A stretch of 64,000 bases of DNA from an uncultured Acidobacteriaceae bacterium (GTDB lineage: Bacteria > Acidobacteriota > Terriglobia > Terriglobales > Acidobacteriaceae): positions 34,650-98,649 of the forward strand of contig CAVTNF010000006.1 in NCBI GenBank assembly GCA_963735975.1, written 5' to 3'. Below are positions 8,884-18,552 of the stretch, in pieces. Within the stretch, counting starts at the first letter, position 1. Each line of letters starts with the position of its first letter. Below the pieces are notes generated by a model. The model ran no database searches and had not been told where the DNA came from. It saw only the letters and a program-made list of their open reading frames with translations. The position numbers and the translations under genes are program-made.

Positions 8884-10518
8884 ATGAAGCGAATCACATT
8901 ACTTCCACTTCTCCTGCTTGCCAGTCTGGCGGCAAATGCCGCCACACTAGCCGGGGATTGCACGATCTACGCCTCCCCGAGTGGTGGCGGAAACGGCCGT
9001 GGTCGGTCTACTCCGACCACGCTGAGCGGGGCGAATACGGCATCGAGTGCCGGGTCAGTGATCTGTATAGAAGGCGGCACCTACAATCTGGACCACACTT
9101 TTCTTATACGCAAGAGTGGCACATCGGGTTCACACATCAAGTGGGAGGCATACGGGGACTCTAATGTCTATTTCGTTTGGACGGGAACATTCGCGGGCAG
9201 TCCTCACCAGATGTTCAATCTCACGGGGACTTGGCCAAACGGCCCCAGTTTCCTTGATTTTGTGGGTCGGAACATTTGGTCATGGAATGGCTCTAGCTAT
9301 GCTAATTCGGGACTGACTTTCATCGGTGGCCATCATATCTCCGTGACCGGGATGTACGTGTACAACACCATCGGAGCCGCGCTGGCGGCGGCGGCCACCG
9401 ACTACGTGGACTGGAGCCACAACGTCTCCTACCACAACGGCGAGAACCCCAACGGCGGAATCGGCACGGTGAACACGCAAAACGGGGCGTCGGGAGCGTG
9501 TCCGTCCAACTGCGTGATCCTGGTCTCGGGGACCGCGTTCAACACGGGCTGGCCTGGGACAATCTCGATCAAGAATACGACCTTCACCATAGGCACAGTG
9601 TTCAGCACCACGTTGATGAGCGTGACTACCGCTCCGGGGACGCAAACCGCAGTTTCCTACGCGTTCCCTTCTTATGCAGGTTTCACCAGCGCCTTCACCA
9701 TTCTCAATGCTAATAACTGCGACACGGGCGCTCCGACAACGTGCGGAGTCGCGGCTTATGCTGGCATTCATAACTTCATTGATGACAACATCGCCGCAGG
9801 AGAGTTCGACAGTTCCGCCCACCGCACGGACGGCAATGGAATCATCCTCGATACGGCAACGAACGGTACTTGGCCCGCTACGCTGATAATGAACAATATC
9901 CTATACGGAAATGGTGGACGCTGCATCGAGACCTTCGCCATCGGACAAGCAAATACACTGATTTTTAGCAACACTTGCTATCTTAACGGACTTGATCCTC
10001 AAGCCAGGTCTGGTTCTGCCTTCCCCGAAGTTGGAATCGGTTCCAACGGCGTCTATATCGCAAACAACATCTCCTATGCGCTGGGGGCTGATGGCTGTAG
10101 GTCATTAAGCTGCACGTGCGGCCACAACTATGCTTATCAAAATGGAACTCCAACGGGGCTGACCTGGACTGATGATATGTATTATGGCGGGCATGGGAAT
10201 GGCTTAACTAGCGCGGGTTTTATTCATGGCAATCCTTTATTCATCAACCCGCCGTCGCTTTCCTCGGGAGACTATGGCGTGTCGCGCACAGACCCCGGAA
10301 TAGGCGGTTCTTTGTTAGGTAACGAGTTGCAACTTCAAGCTAGAAGTCCGGCAAAGGGAGCGGGTGTCGATCCAAGAAGACTCACTGGCTTAAACGCCAA
10401 CATCATTTCCGATCTAGCACTTGTTACTTCCGACATCAATGGCGTTACTCGGGGTCCTTCCTGGGACTTAGGGGCATACCAGATTCCGCATGGTTCGACG
10501 ACGGTTCCCCATCTATAG
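8884..10518 (+). CDS. secreted right-handed beta-helix repeat protein, divergent paralog C
   Basis: Internal ATG at 8884 gives MKRITLLPLLLLASLAANA (signal peptide) followed by DCTIYASPSGGG. It has RTDGNGIILD, NNILYGNGGRCIE and an LQARSPAKGAGVD tail, as in paralogs A and B. Confidence 0.8.
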   Translation: MKRITLLPLLLLASLAANAATLAGDCTIYASPSGGGNGRGRSTPTTLSGANTASSAGSVICIEGGTYNLDHTFLIRKSGTSGSHIKWEAYGDSNVYFVWTGTFAGSPHQMFNLTGTWPNGPSFLDFVGRNIWSWNGSSYANSGLTFIGGHHISVTGMYVYNTIGAALAAAATDYVDWSHNVSYHNGENPNGGIGTVNTQNGASGACPSNCVILVSGTAFNTGWPGTISIKNTTFTIGTVFSTTLMSVTTAPGTQTAVSYAFPSYAGFTSAFTILNANNCDTGAPTTCGVAAYAGIHNFIDDNIAAGEFDSSAHRTDGNGIILDTATNGTWPATLIMNNILYGNGGRCIETFAIGQANTLIFSNTCYLNGLDPQARSGSAFPEVGIGSNGVYIANNISYALGADGCRSLSCTCGHNYAYQNGTPTGLTWTDDMYYGGHGNGLTSAGFIHGNPLFINPPSLSSGDYGVSRTDPGIGGSLLGNELQLQARSPAKGAGVDPRRLTGLNANIISDLALVTSDINGVTRGPSWDLGAYQIPHGSTTVPHL

Positions 10519-10540
10519 TTGAAGGTTGAGGGCCGTTCCT

Positions 10541-10569
10541 CGACCCGACCTCTTGGTAGAGTCGGGTTG
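10541..10569 (+). terminator. 9-bp stem hairpin downstream of paralog C; weak terminator candidate with no clear U-tract
   Basis: CGACCCGAC (loop of 11 nt) GTCGGGTTG, followed by GAAAACTTTCT. Confidence 0.25.
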
Positions 10570-10647
10570 GAAAACTTTCTGGGCGAAAGGAGAACTGCCT
10601 TGAGGCGAAGATATCTGCTGCCATAGTAGCCGCGGGAAAATTGCAAA

Positions 10648-10879
10648 ATGAACGTGACGATCTTTGGCGCCTCGGGCCTATTGGACAAAGCGCTCATAAG
10701 GGAGTGGGACGGAGACGAAGTCGTGGATCTCACTTCACGCGATGCGGAGCTGCGCGACGCGGACCAGGTGCGTGGCACGGTGGACCAAACGCGACCGGAC
10801 TGGATTGTTCTGGCGGCGGCTTATGCCGATGTGGATGGCTGCGAGAGCAATTAGGAATTGGCGTTTGCGGTTTGACACA
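10648..10879 (+). pseudogene. rfbD: dTDP-4-dehydrorhamnose reductase (RfbD/RmlD-like) N-terminal remnant with an in-frame TAG, cut by an IS insertion
   Basis: MNVTIFGASGLLDKAL...RPDWIVLAAAYADVDGCESN-stop-ELAFAV matches the RmlD pattern G.sGqlG...RPD.vvnaAAyT.VDkaEsepelAfavN. The IS begins at 10880. Confidence 0.7.
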
Positions 10880-12323
10880 TGTTGGTAGCAAATTAAGATG
10901 TCCGGTTTTAGTAGCAAGTGAAATGTCCGGTTTAGGTTAATCTCCAGCAGCCGTCGGGGCTGTGGGAAAGTGAAAATCCCGCGGTGTTTGCGGGATTTCC
11001 AAGCAAGGCGGGAAAGTCGGTTTTTGGACTTTTCCGCCTGGCGGCTTTTCCACAGCCCGTCGCGCGCCGATTTTTGTTCTCTCCAAAGACACTCCTTCCG
11101 CACTGTAACGTCCCAGACGCTGGGGCCCGTGAGTAATCGTGAAAGTTCCGTCGAGGTGTTGGTGCACCGTCACCGTGCAGGCCGCCAGGGTCGCTCGCCA
11201 GCGCACCGGTTCGATCTGCAACTGCAGGTTCTGCATACTCACCGTGTTGTCCCGGTTGACCGTACGCTGGTATTGCAGGGCGAAAATCAGGTCCAGATCT
11301 TTGCAGGAGCGGCGCACAAAGGCGTTGCCGCGTTCTCGAGCCGGAACCCGGAAGCATCGATTGAACTCGGCGATGTAGTGTTCGCGCAAGAAGCGGTTGG
11401 CGGCTGCCAAGCTATGGATGCCGTGCAATCGTAGTTCCTGCGGCAAGCGTCCTTGCCAGGTGCCGAAATTGCGTTCGCTCCGGCCTCGGGCCTGGGGCGA
11501 ATAGGCCGGGATCATCTGCACGCCCAACTCGCGCAGCGCACGACCGACTTGGGTCAGACGATGGGCATCGACTTGGCCTCCGCTTTTCGGCGTCCGCCAG
11601 AAATGGCTGCCCCGGTCGCTATACAAGGCACAGAACACTCCCCGGCCCGCGATCACTTCTTTCAACCCCGCCATGACGGTGAAGGTGGACTCTTCCTCGA
11701 CCAACTGGGCGTAGTAGATCTCGCTGGTGGCATCATCCAAAATCACGATCAGGTCGTACCAGCGCTCGTCCTGAAACCACTGATGCCGGCTGCCATCGAT
11801 GTGCAACAGCATGCCCGGCAGCGGACGCCGCTCCCTCCGTCGGCGGTGCACCCCGCGTTTTTTCGCTCGCGCCACCAACCCCGCTCCCTGCAGCGCGGCT
11901 TTCACCCAGGTGTAGCTCAAATCGATCTGGTGTTCGGCCTTCAACTTCTGGTGAAAATGGCGAACGTTCAGATCGAAATACTTCTCTCGATAGAGTCCTA
12001 GAACCTCCTCTACCATCGCCAACGGAACGCGTTTCGGCGAGGGTTGGCCCCGCCGCCGGTCGAACAGCCCGTCATAGCCAAACTCCTGGTAACGCTCCCG
12101 GATGCGCCGCACATGCCGATCCGTAAAACCCAGAATCTCGACCGCTTGAAACCATGTGATTTTCCCCGCCATCGCCCGCAACAACACTTCCTGAATTTTC
12201 ATTGTCCGCTCCATGGCGGCCTTCCAGTAAGAGTCCATGCTCCGCATGGTCTCCTACTCTCACCGCCGGAAAAGCGGACATATCACGTGCTATTTCGACC
12301 GGACATTTGATGTGCTAACGACA
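10880..12323 (-). mobile_element. ISNCY-family (IS1202-group-like) insertion sequence, apparently intact, 1444 bp
   Basis: Terminal IRs are TGTTGGTAGCAAATTAAGATGTCCGG (left) and, as reverse complement of the right end, TGTCGTTAGCACATCAAATGTCCGG. It is flanked by a direct repeat: TTTGCGGTTTGACACA (10864-10879) and TTTGCGGTTTTGACACA (12324-12340). There are subterminal AATGTCCGGT repeats. Confidence 0.8.
10937..12247 (-). CDS. ISNCY-family DDE (rve) transposase
   Basis: N-terminal HTH region (ITWFQAVEILGFTDRHVRRIRERYQEFGYDGL) followed by an integrase core (LLHIDGSRHQWF...VILDDATSEIYY...LYSDRGSHF...AYSPQARGRSERNFGTWQGRL). The true start is probably MKIQEVLL at 12202. Confidence 0.9.
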   Translation of the reverse strand: MRSMDSYWKAAMERTMKIQEVLLRAMAGKITWFQAVEILGFTDRHVRRIRERYQEFGYDGLFDRRRGQPSPKRVPLAMVEEVLGLYREKYFDLNVRHFHQKLKAEHQIDLSYTWVKAALQGAGLVARAKKRGVHRRRRERRPLPGMLLHIDGSRHQWFQDERWYDLIVILDDATSEIYYAQLVEEESTFTVMAGLKEVIAGRGVFCALYSDRGSHFWRTPKSGGQVDAHRLTQVGRALRELGVQMIPAYSPQARGRSERNFGTWQGRLPQELRLHGIHSLAAANRFLREHYIAEFNRCFRVPARERGNAFVRRSCKDLDLIFALQYQRTVNRDNTVSMQNLQLQIEPVRWRATLAACTVTVHQHLDGTFTITHGPQRLGRYSAEGVSLERTKIGARRAVEKPPGGKVQKPTFPPCLEIPQTPRDFHFPTAPTAAGD

Positions 12324-12420
12324 TTTGCGGTTTTGACACATTGCGAACAAGCCGGGATGATTGTACACTGGTCTGGTTTCTTGAGGTCAAAAGGAGATTC
12401 CGGCTTGCCTACGATGAACG

Positions 12421-12500
12421 CTAGTGTAGTGCGCCGAAAATAACGACTCTTATATATCGTGGCGATGGCGCTGGGAAAGCAAAGAGTTTGACCGCAAAGT
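12421..12500. repeat. 80-bp copy, inverted, of the sequence lying 3' of tRNA-Cys at 58631-58710
   Basis: Base-by-base comparison gives 74/80 identical. It contains the REP-like core TTTGCGGTCAAA. Confidence 0.85.
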
Positions 12501-13133
12501 GATGAAGAATTAACCAGATGAGGCGGCAAAGGCGCTGAGCAATGGCTCCGATAGTTTGATGGTGTCCCAAGCGCGGCACCAGCCGACGATACACGATCTG
12601 GAAAATACTCCCTTTCAACCGGACCGCTGCGTTGGCGGCTTGATTGAGAATGCGTCGCATATGACGGCTTCCCTTGGGAGAGCGATGACTGTAAGACACT
12701 TCCGCGCTCTCCTGATCTCCGGGACAAGCGCCCACCCAGGATGCCGGGTTCTTGGCCGAAGCAAAGGTGGCGGCTGTGGCCCCTACTTCCGCGACGATCT
12801 GTTGCGCGGAATCGACTCCCAGACCTGGTACTTTAGCCAAACGCTTGACGGCATCTTCATGTTGCCGGAGCAGGTCCGCGGTCTCCTGATCCAGTTTGTC
12901 CATCGGCTGCTCGATCAGTTGCAACTCCTCCAGGGCCATCTTTACCAACCGGCGGTAAACAGGGCTCAATTCTGTGCAGGCGCCGAGGGCATCACACAAC
13001 TGTGCCTCGGTCGCACGTAAGCGACGATCGGCCAGAGCGGCGAGTGCCAACGGGTCGGTTTCCCCCGCCGCCAGCGCGTTCAGCATGCGACGGGCGCTGA
13101 CTCCTAACAGATCCGACACCAGGCTAGACAGCT

Positions 13134-14162
13134 TCTAATTATCTGGTTGCTTCAGCAGGCCCCAATAGGTAGTGTAGAGGGGTGCCCCGACCGGCGTTTC
13201 CCAAGACGCTTCGCCAGTTTCAGTCTGACTTTGCCACCGAGGAGGCCTGCCAGAAGTATCTGGCGGCTTGTCGCTGGCCAGATGGGTTCATTTGCCCTCG
13301 ATGCGGGCACGAAAGATTCTACGAATTGGTGAAGCAACGGCGCTACCAATGCGCCAAGTGTCGGTACCAGATTTCGCTGACATCTGGGACCATTCTCCAC
13401 CGGACGAAAATTCCGCTGACCTATTGGTTCTGGGCGGCGTATCTGATGACCACGGACAAGCGTGGCGTACCTGCCCTGCTTCTGCAGCGCCAACTCGGAC
13501 TGTCTTGTTACGAGACCGCGTGGATGATGCTTCACAAACTCCGCCGCGCGATGGTGAATGCGGCTCGGGAACCCCTGCGCGGCGAGGTAGAGGTTGATGA
13601 CACGTGGGTTGGCGGCGAACAAGCCGGACTGCGGGGGAGCCGACAACTTAAGGAACGGCGAGCGGCTCTCGTCCTGGTGGCCGTGGAAAAGCGCGGCCAA
13701 GCTTCCGGTCGAGTCCGCATGAGCGTGATTCCCGACTTCAAGGCCGCCACGATAATGCCGTTCCTCGCCCAGAACGTCGCGCTCGGTTCCACCATCTATA
13801 CGGACGGCCTCAAGAGCTTCTCCGGTCTGTCGGAGGCCGGCTTTCAACATGTCGCTCGCAACCAACCCCTCCGATCGGAGTTGCGCCGAGGCGCGAAGTC
13901 CGCTGTACCACTTGCCGATCGGGCGATTGGGAACCTCCAACAGTGGCTGATTGGCACCTACCACGGAGTGAGCAAGGCCCAACTCCAGGTTTACCTCAAC
14001 GAATTCGCGTTTCGACGCAACCGTCGCAAGACGCCCGCAGCCGCATTTCAGACACTCCTTGGTCTCGGAACCAGCCGCAGATCAACCGAGTACGAGCAGA
14101 TTCGGGGAGCGAGGGATCTCAACCCCAACCTATTGGGGATTGCTGAAGCAACCAGATAATTA
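13134..14162 (+). mobile_element. IS1595-family insertion sequence inserted in the IS110 transposase gene
   Basis: About 35-bp terminal IRs: TCTAATTATCTGGTTGCTTCAGCAGGCCCCAATAGGT and the reverse complement of ACCTATTGGGGATTGCTGAAGCAACCAGATAATTA. The 8-bp TSD AGACAGCT (13126-13133) is restored on the right only after re-inverting 14163-14486. Confidence 0.85.
13182..14159 (+). CDS. IS1595-family transposase
   Basis: N-terminal zinc-ribbon (CPRCGHERFYELVKQRRYQCAKCRYQ) followed by a DDE core (VEVDDTWVGG...IYTDGLKSF...). Confidence 0.9.
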   Translation: MPRPAFPKTLRQFQSDFATEEACQKYLAACRWPDGFICPRCGHERFYELVKQRRYQCAKCRYQISLTSGTILHRTKIPLTYWFWAAYLMTTDKRGVPALLLQRQLGLSCYETAWMMLHKLRRAMVNAAREPLRGEVEVDDTWVGGEQAGLRGSRQLKERRAALVLVAVEKRGQASGRVRMSVIPDFKAATIMPFLAQNVALGSTIYTDGLKSFSGLSEAGFQHVARNQPLRSELRRGAKSAVPLADRAIGNLQQWLIGTYHGVSKAQLQVYLNEFAFRRNRRKTPAAAFQTLLGLGTSRRSTEYEQIRGARDLNPNLLGIAEATR

Positions 14163-14486
14163 CTGGCAACCGGTGTGGGGATCGCTGGAGTGCTACTGGA
14201 AACCGACTCGCCAAAGTCAGGAAGGTACAGGAGTGATGTCGGGAACGCTGCATTTGGAAGCCCAATCCAATCGTGGGCGCAAAGGACGGAAGAAAGATTT
14301 TCCGGACGCCGAACGCCTGGTAAAACGGCTCGTAGCACAGGAACTGGTCGTGAGTTTTGTGCCGGATGCGGAACAGCGTCTTTGGCGCACCGTGACACGC
14401 CGCAAGCACCAGCTGACGCGGAACCGCGTACAGTTGCACAACCGGATGGAGAGTCTGCTGGAAAAAGTTCACATCAAGCTGTCTTC
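14163..14486. other. 324-bp segment of the IS110 transposase gene inverted in situ
   Basis: Re-inverting it restores ...ACG GCG CAG TAC TGG CAA CCG (STAQ-YWQPVW). It also restores CAC ATC AAG CTG TCT-[IS1595]-AGC CTG GTG (HIKLS-SLVSD). Confidence 0.8.
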
Positions 14487-14960
14487 TACTGCGCCGTCGA
14501 TTCCATCACTACTTCCTCCACCGGCTGCTCCCTCAACCATGTCGACAGTCGTCGCAGTTCCTCCGGGTTACTGCCAAACCGCCGTCGCTCGAACTCATAC
14601 TCGCCTTCGACTTCCACGTCGGCCACGACCACGGCGAGCATCTTCTTATGCACATCGATTCCCGCTATCATGTAAGCCATCGAATCTCCTGGCGGGAGCG
14701 GAGAGCGCTCTGCGTCTCACATTAAGCAGGGTCGCGGGCTATCGCCGCTCCCACAAGGGAACGCCAACGCCCATTTACTCGTGCAATCACGCACGCTCCA
14801 GATCAGAAAGCTGAACAGCCTCGACTGCTCCATTCCTGTTTCGATCTTGCCACTCCGCGCCGCTGCTATTCTGCCGACAACCCGACTCATTTTCATGAGT
14901 TCTCGCGGGCCGCTGGCCCTGGATGACAGCTGAAAAACTACTCCCACTCCACAAGCTTCT

Positions 14961-15982
14961 ATGTTACGAGAAGGCATGCGGGTAGACGATCAGCAGCAGA
15001 ATCACATCTTCAGTTATTTGTCACCGGAGGAGCGGGTACGGAAAGATCATCCGCTGCGTGCCATCCGAGCGATGGTGGACGAAGGGCTCCAGCAGTTGTC
15101 GCGGCGGTTTGACGCAATGTACTCCCACACCGGCCGTCCGTCGATTCCGCCGGAACGACCCTTGCGAGCGCAGTTGCTGCAAAATGCTGTCTTCCATCCG
15201 CAGTGAGCGCCTGCTGATGGAAGAGATGGACTACAACCTGCTGTTTCGCTGGTTCGTGGGGCTGAACGCGGACGATGAAGTGTGGGACGCGACCGTGTTC
15301 ACCAAGAATCGCGACCGGTTGCTGCAGGCCGAGGTGGCCAGGAGTTTCTGGCGCGCGTGGTCGAGCAAGCGCGGGCAAAGGAGCTGACCAGGGATGAACA
15401 TTTCACGGTGGACGGCACGTTGCTGGAAGCCTGGGCGGGGGCGAAGAGTTTTCAAGCCAAGGACAAGAAGCAAGCCCCGCCGGACGACCGGACGACCCCA
15501 GCAATCCCACGGCAAGCTTTCACTGCGAGCAGCGGTCGAACCAAACCCATGCCTCGAAGACCGACCCGGAGGCGCTGCTGGCGCGCCACGGAGCGGGCAA
15601 GGAGTCGAAGTTGAGTTACAGTGGGAATCCGCTGGTGGAGAATCGCAACGGACTGATCGTGGATGCAGAAGTATTTCAGGCCAACGGCACGGCCGAGCGC
15701 GACGCCGCGCTGGTGATGCTGGAAAAGATTCCGGGAACCAAGCCGGCGACGGCGGGGGGCGACAAAGGATTCGACACGCGGGATTTTGTGAAAGAGTGCC
15801 GAAACCTGCGGGTGACGCCGCACGTGGCGCAGAACGACAAGCGGCGCGGCGGCAGAGCGATCGATGGCCGCACCACCCGGCACGCGGGATACACCGTCAG
15901 CCAGGGGAAGGGCAAGCGAATCGAAGAGTGCTTCAGCTGGCTGAAGACGATTGCGCTGATGCACGGGGGCACTTCAGGTTAG
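14961..15982 (+). pseudogene. IS5/IS1182-like transposase (DUF772 N-terminus + DDE), at least 4 frameshifts, 3'-truncated
   Basis: Pieces lie in different frames: ...DHPLRAIRAMVDE...GRPSIPPE; SERLLMEEMDYNLLFRWFVGL; EHFTVDGTLLEAWAG; LSYSGNPLVENRNGLIVDAEVFQANGTAERDAAL...GGDKGFDTRDF...ECFSWLKTI. Confidence 0.75.
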
Positions 15983-16099
15983 CCTCCGCTGCATGAGCGT
16001 AAGCGTCTGCCCGTGGCCGTCCGTGGCCGTCTGGACAGGCGTGTAATCGCCAGTCATGCTCGCGAAGTGGACAGCAACGATAGTGTCCACTTGGAGCGA

Positions 16100-16488
16100 T
16101 GATGGACACTTACACGCAAGCCGTCCCAACTAAGCGACGTATCGGCGCTGGAAGAGAAGCAGCGGATTGTGGGAGAGGCGTTGGCCGAGGGGGCATCGGT
16201 GGCGCGGGTGGCACAGGCGCACGGGGTCAACGCCAATCTGGTCTTCAACTGGTGCAGGCTGTATCGGGCGGGGCGACTGAGACGGCGGAGGGAGGCGAAA
16301 CTGTTGCCGGTGCGAGTCGCTGAGGAGAGTTCCACTGTAGCCGCCAGCTTCATGGACTGAACCTGGTGGCTTGCCGCGCCTCCTCGGCGGGCACGATTCA
16401 CATCCAACTGCAGCATGCGCAAGTGCGGGTCGAAAGCGACGCCAATCCAGTGTTGTTGCGTGTGTTGTTGGAGTGTCTGCAGGCGATG
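16100..16488 (+). pseudogene. IS66 orfA (TnpA-like), frameshifted near 16355-16370
   Basis: ...EKQRIVGEALAEGASVARVAQAHGVNANLVFNWCRLYRAG continues in another frame as GTIHIQLQHAQVRVESDANPVLLRVLLECLQA. Confidence 0.6.
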
Positions 16489-16833
16489 ATCGCGCCGCCA
16501 GGCAATACGCAAATTTGGATTGCCGCCGGGGTAACCGATCTGCGCCGAGGTTTCGCTGGGCTCAGCGCGCTGGTCCAAACCAAGCTGGAAAAGAGCCCGA
16601 TGTCAGGCCAAGTATTCATCTTCCGAGGCCGCAGAGGCGATCTGGTGAAGCTGATCTGGTTTGATGGGGATGGGCTATGTCTGTTCCAGAAGCGATTAGA
16701 ACGGGGGAGTTTTATCTGGCCGCAAGCGACGGAAGGAAGCGTTTCTCTAACCCGCGCGCAGTTGTCGATGCTGTTGGAAGGCATTGATTGGCGGCGACCG
16801 GAGCGCACGTGGGATCCGCAGTTGGCGGTGTAG
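16486..16833 (+). CDS. tnpB: IS66 Orf2 (TnpB)
   Basis: MIAPPGNTQIWIAAGVTDLRRGFAGLSALVQTKLEKSPMSGQVFIFRGRRGDLVKLIWFDGDGLCLFQKRLERGSF. Confidence 0.85.
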   Translation: MIAPPGNTQIWIAAGVTDLRRGFAGLSALVQTKLEKSPMSGQVFIFRGRRGDLVKLIWFDGDGLCLFQKRLERGSFIWPQATEGSVSLTRAQLSMLLEGIDWRRPERTWDPQLAV

Positions 16834-16882
16834 ATACGCATTTGGATTTGCACAGATTTTTGTGCGCACAAGTGTTGACGGG

Positions 16883-18506
16883 ATGCGGGTTCATGGCATA
16901 CTGCGGCTCATGTTGGCGCCGACACTTCCGGATCTGAGTAAGTTAGATCGAGAAGCGTTGCGGGCGCTGCTGTTGGCCGAACACCAGGAACGCATTGCCA
17001 CTCACCAGCAGTTACTCCAGCGGGAGCAGCAGTTGCTGCGGCGGGAGAGTGAGATTGAGCATCTGAAGCTGCTGCTGAGCCAGCTCCGGCGGATGCAGTT
17101 CGGGCGCAAGTCCGAGAAATTGGAGCGGCAGATCGAACAGCTGGAACTGCGGCTGGAAGATTTGCAACAAGTACAAGTCGGCGAGGAGACGTCGCCCTGC
17201 GGCGAGCGTCCTGCTATCGAAGCTTCCCCAGCCCACGGTCAAAGCAAAACCGGCCCGCCGTCCGTTGCCGGAACACCTGCCACGGCAAACCCAGACGCAT
17301 GTGCCGAAACCCTCGGTCTGTCCCGATTGCGGGGGAAAGTTACGCAAGCTGAGCGAAGATGTTTCGGAGATGTTGGAGTACGTGCGGGCCTGCTTTCAGG
17401 TGATTCGCCATGTACGGCCGAAGCTGAGCTGCCAGCAATGCGAACGGATCGTGCAAGCACCGGCGCCGAGCCGGCCGATCGCGCGCGGCCTGGCGGGCCC
17501 GGGTCTGCTGGCGCATGTGCTGGTTTCCAAGTATGCCGATCATCTTCCCCTCTACCGGCAATGCGAGATCTATGAGCGGCACGGCATCGAACTGGAGAGA
17601 TCGACCCTGGCGGACTGGGTCGGTGGAACCAGTGCGTTGCTCGACCCGCTGGTGGAAGCGTTGCGGCGGTATGTGATGGCGGCGGGTAAGCTGCATGCCG
17701 ATGATACGCGGGTACCGGTGCTGGCTCCGGGCACGGGCAAGACCAAGACGGGGCGTTTGTGGACCTACGTGCGCGACGACCGCCCAGCAGGCGATCAGGC
17801 CGCTCCGGCGGTGTGGTTTGCTTACTCGGCCGATCGTGGCGGGGAGCACCCCGCGCAACATCTGAAGACGTTTCAGGGTGCTTTGCAGGCGGATGCGTAT
17901 GCCGGCTTCAATCAGCTATATAAGGATGGTCGGATTCAGGAGGCGGCGTGTTGGGCGCACGTGCGTCGCAAGTTCTACGATCTGGAACAAGCTCATGCCT
18001 TGCCTCTGGCCCGGGAAGCTCTGGAACGGATCGCGGCTTTATATGCCATCGAGGATGAGATTCGTGGACGGCCACCGGAGGAACGACAGCAAGTTCGCCA
18101 AGCCCGCGCTCGACCCTTGCTCCAGTCCTTGCACGACTGGTTCGAAGTCTCACTGACGAAACTCTCGCGCAAGTCGGACACGACGGTGGCGATCCGCTAT
18201 GCGCTGACGCTGTGGCCGGCACTGACCCGTTACTGCGACGATGGTCGCTTGGAGGCAGACAACAATGCTGCCGAACGTGCCTTGCGCGCCGTTACGCTGG
18301 GCCGAAAGAACTATCTTTTCGCGGGCTCCGATGCGGGCGGAGAACGGGCTGCCGTCATCTATAGTTTGATCGGCACCGCGAAACTCAACGGTCTCGACCC
18401 AGAAGCATACCTACACGAGGTGCTGACTCGCATCGCCGATCATCCCATCAACCGCATCGAGGAACTCCTCCCTTGGAATCTTGCCCTGGTCGGACGACCA
18501 CAATGA
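16883..18506 (+). pseudogene. IS66-family transposase (TnpC), one frameshift near 17230-17265
   Basis: The leucine-zipper part ([19 protein letters not shown]) is in one frame. [15 protein letters not shown]...CPDCGGKL...[19 protein letters not shown]...[11 protein letters not shown]...LQADAYAGF...[12 protein letters not shown] follows in the next frame. Confidence 0.8.
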
Positions 18507-18552
18507 CGGCAGAGGGAAAGATCGGTGCGAATGCTCAACTGATACTCGACCG

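Larger units (their letters stand above)
12501..14950 (-). mobile_element. IS110-family element remnant, interrupted by IS1595 and carrying an internal 324-bp inversion (5' boundary uncertain)
   Basis: Transposase pieces are as follows. The N-terminal part lies at 14487-14680 on the minus strand (MAYMIAGIDVHKK...VVMESTAQ). The middle part lies at 14163-14486 on the plus strand (YWQPVWGSLE...GRKKDFPDAERL...SFVPDAEQRLWR...HIKLS). The C-terminal part lies at 12501-13133 on the minus strand (KLSSLVSDLLGVSARRML...VPGLGVDSAQQIVAEVG...). The reading frame runs out of IS110-like sequence at ...LILHH. Confidence 0.75.

Noticed and set aside
12341-12443. Continuation of the rfbD reading frame to the right of the ISNCY element (ORF 12237-12443).
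   Set aside because: Only ...FAV-LTHCEQAGMIVHWS loosely resembles RmlD (..GA.lVH.S), and the following TDYVFDG motif is absent. It is too degenerate to annotate beyond noting it as the right-hand scar.
16011-16030. Tandem CCGTGGCCGT x2, and other short tandem repeats, as possible CRISPR or VNTR.
   Set aside because: There are only two units and they lie inside the IS66 left inverted-repeat region. No repeat-spacer array exists anywhere in the window.
17230-17265. Programmed ribosomal frameshift in the IS66 transposase, and likewise in IS66 orfA and the IS5/IS1182-like gene.
   Set aside because: IS66-family TnpC is normally a single ORF and I see no slippery heptamer at the junction. The neighbouring IS genes are plainly decayed, so mutation (or sequencing error) is the simpler reading.
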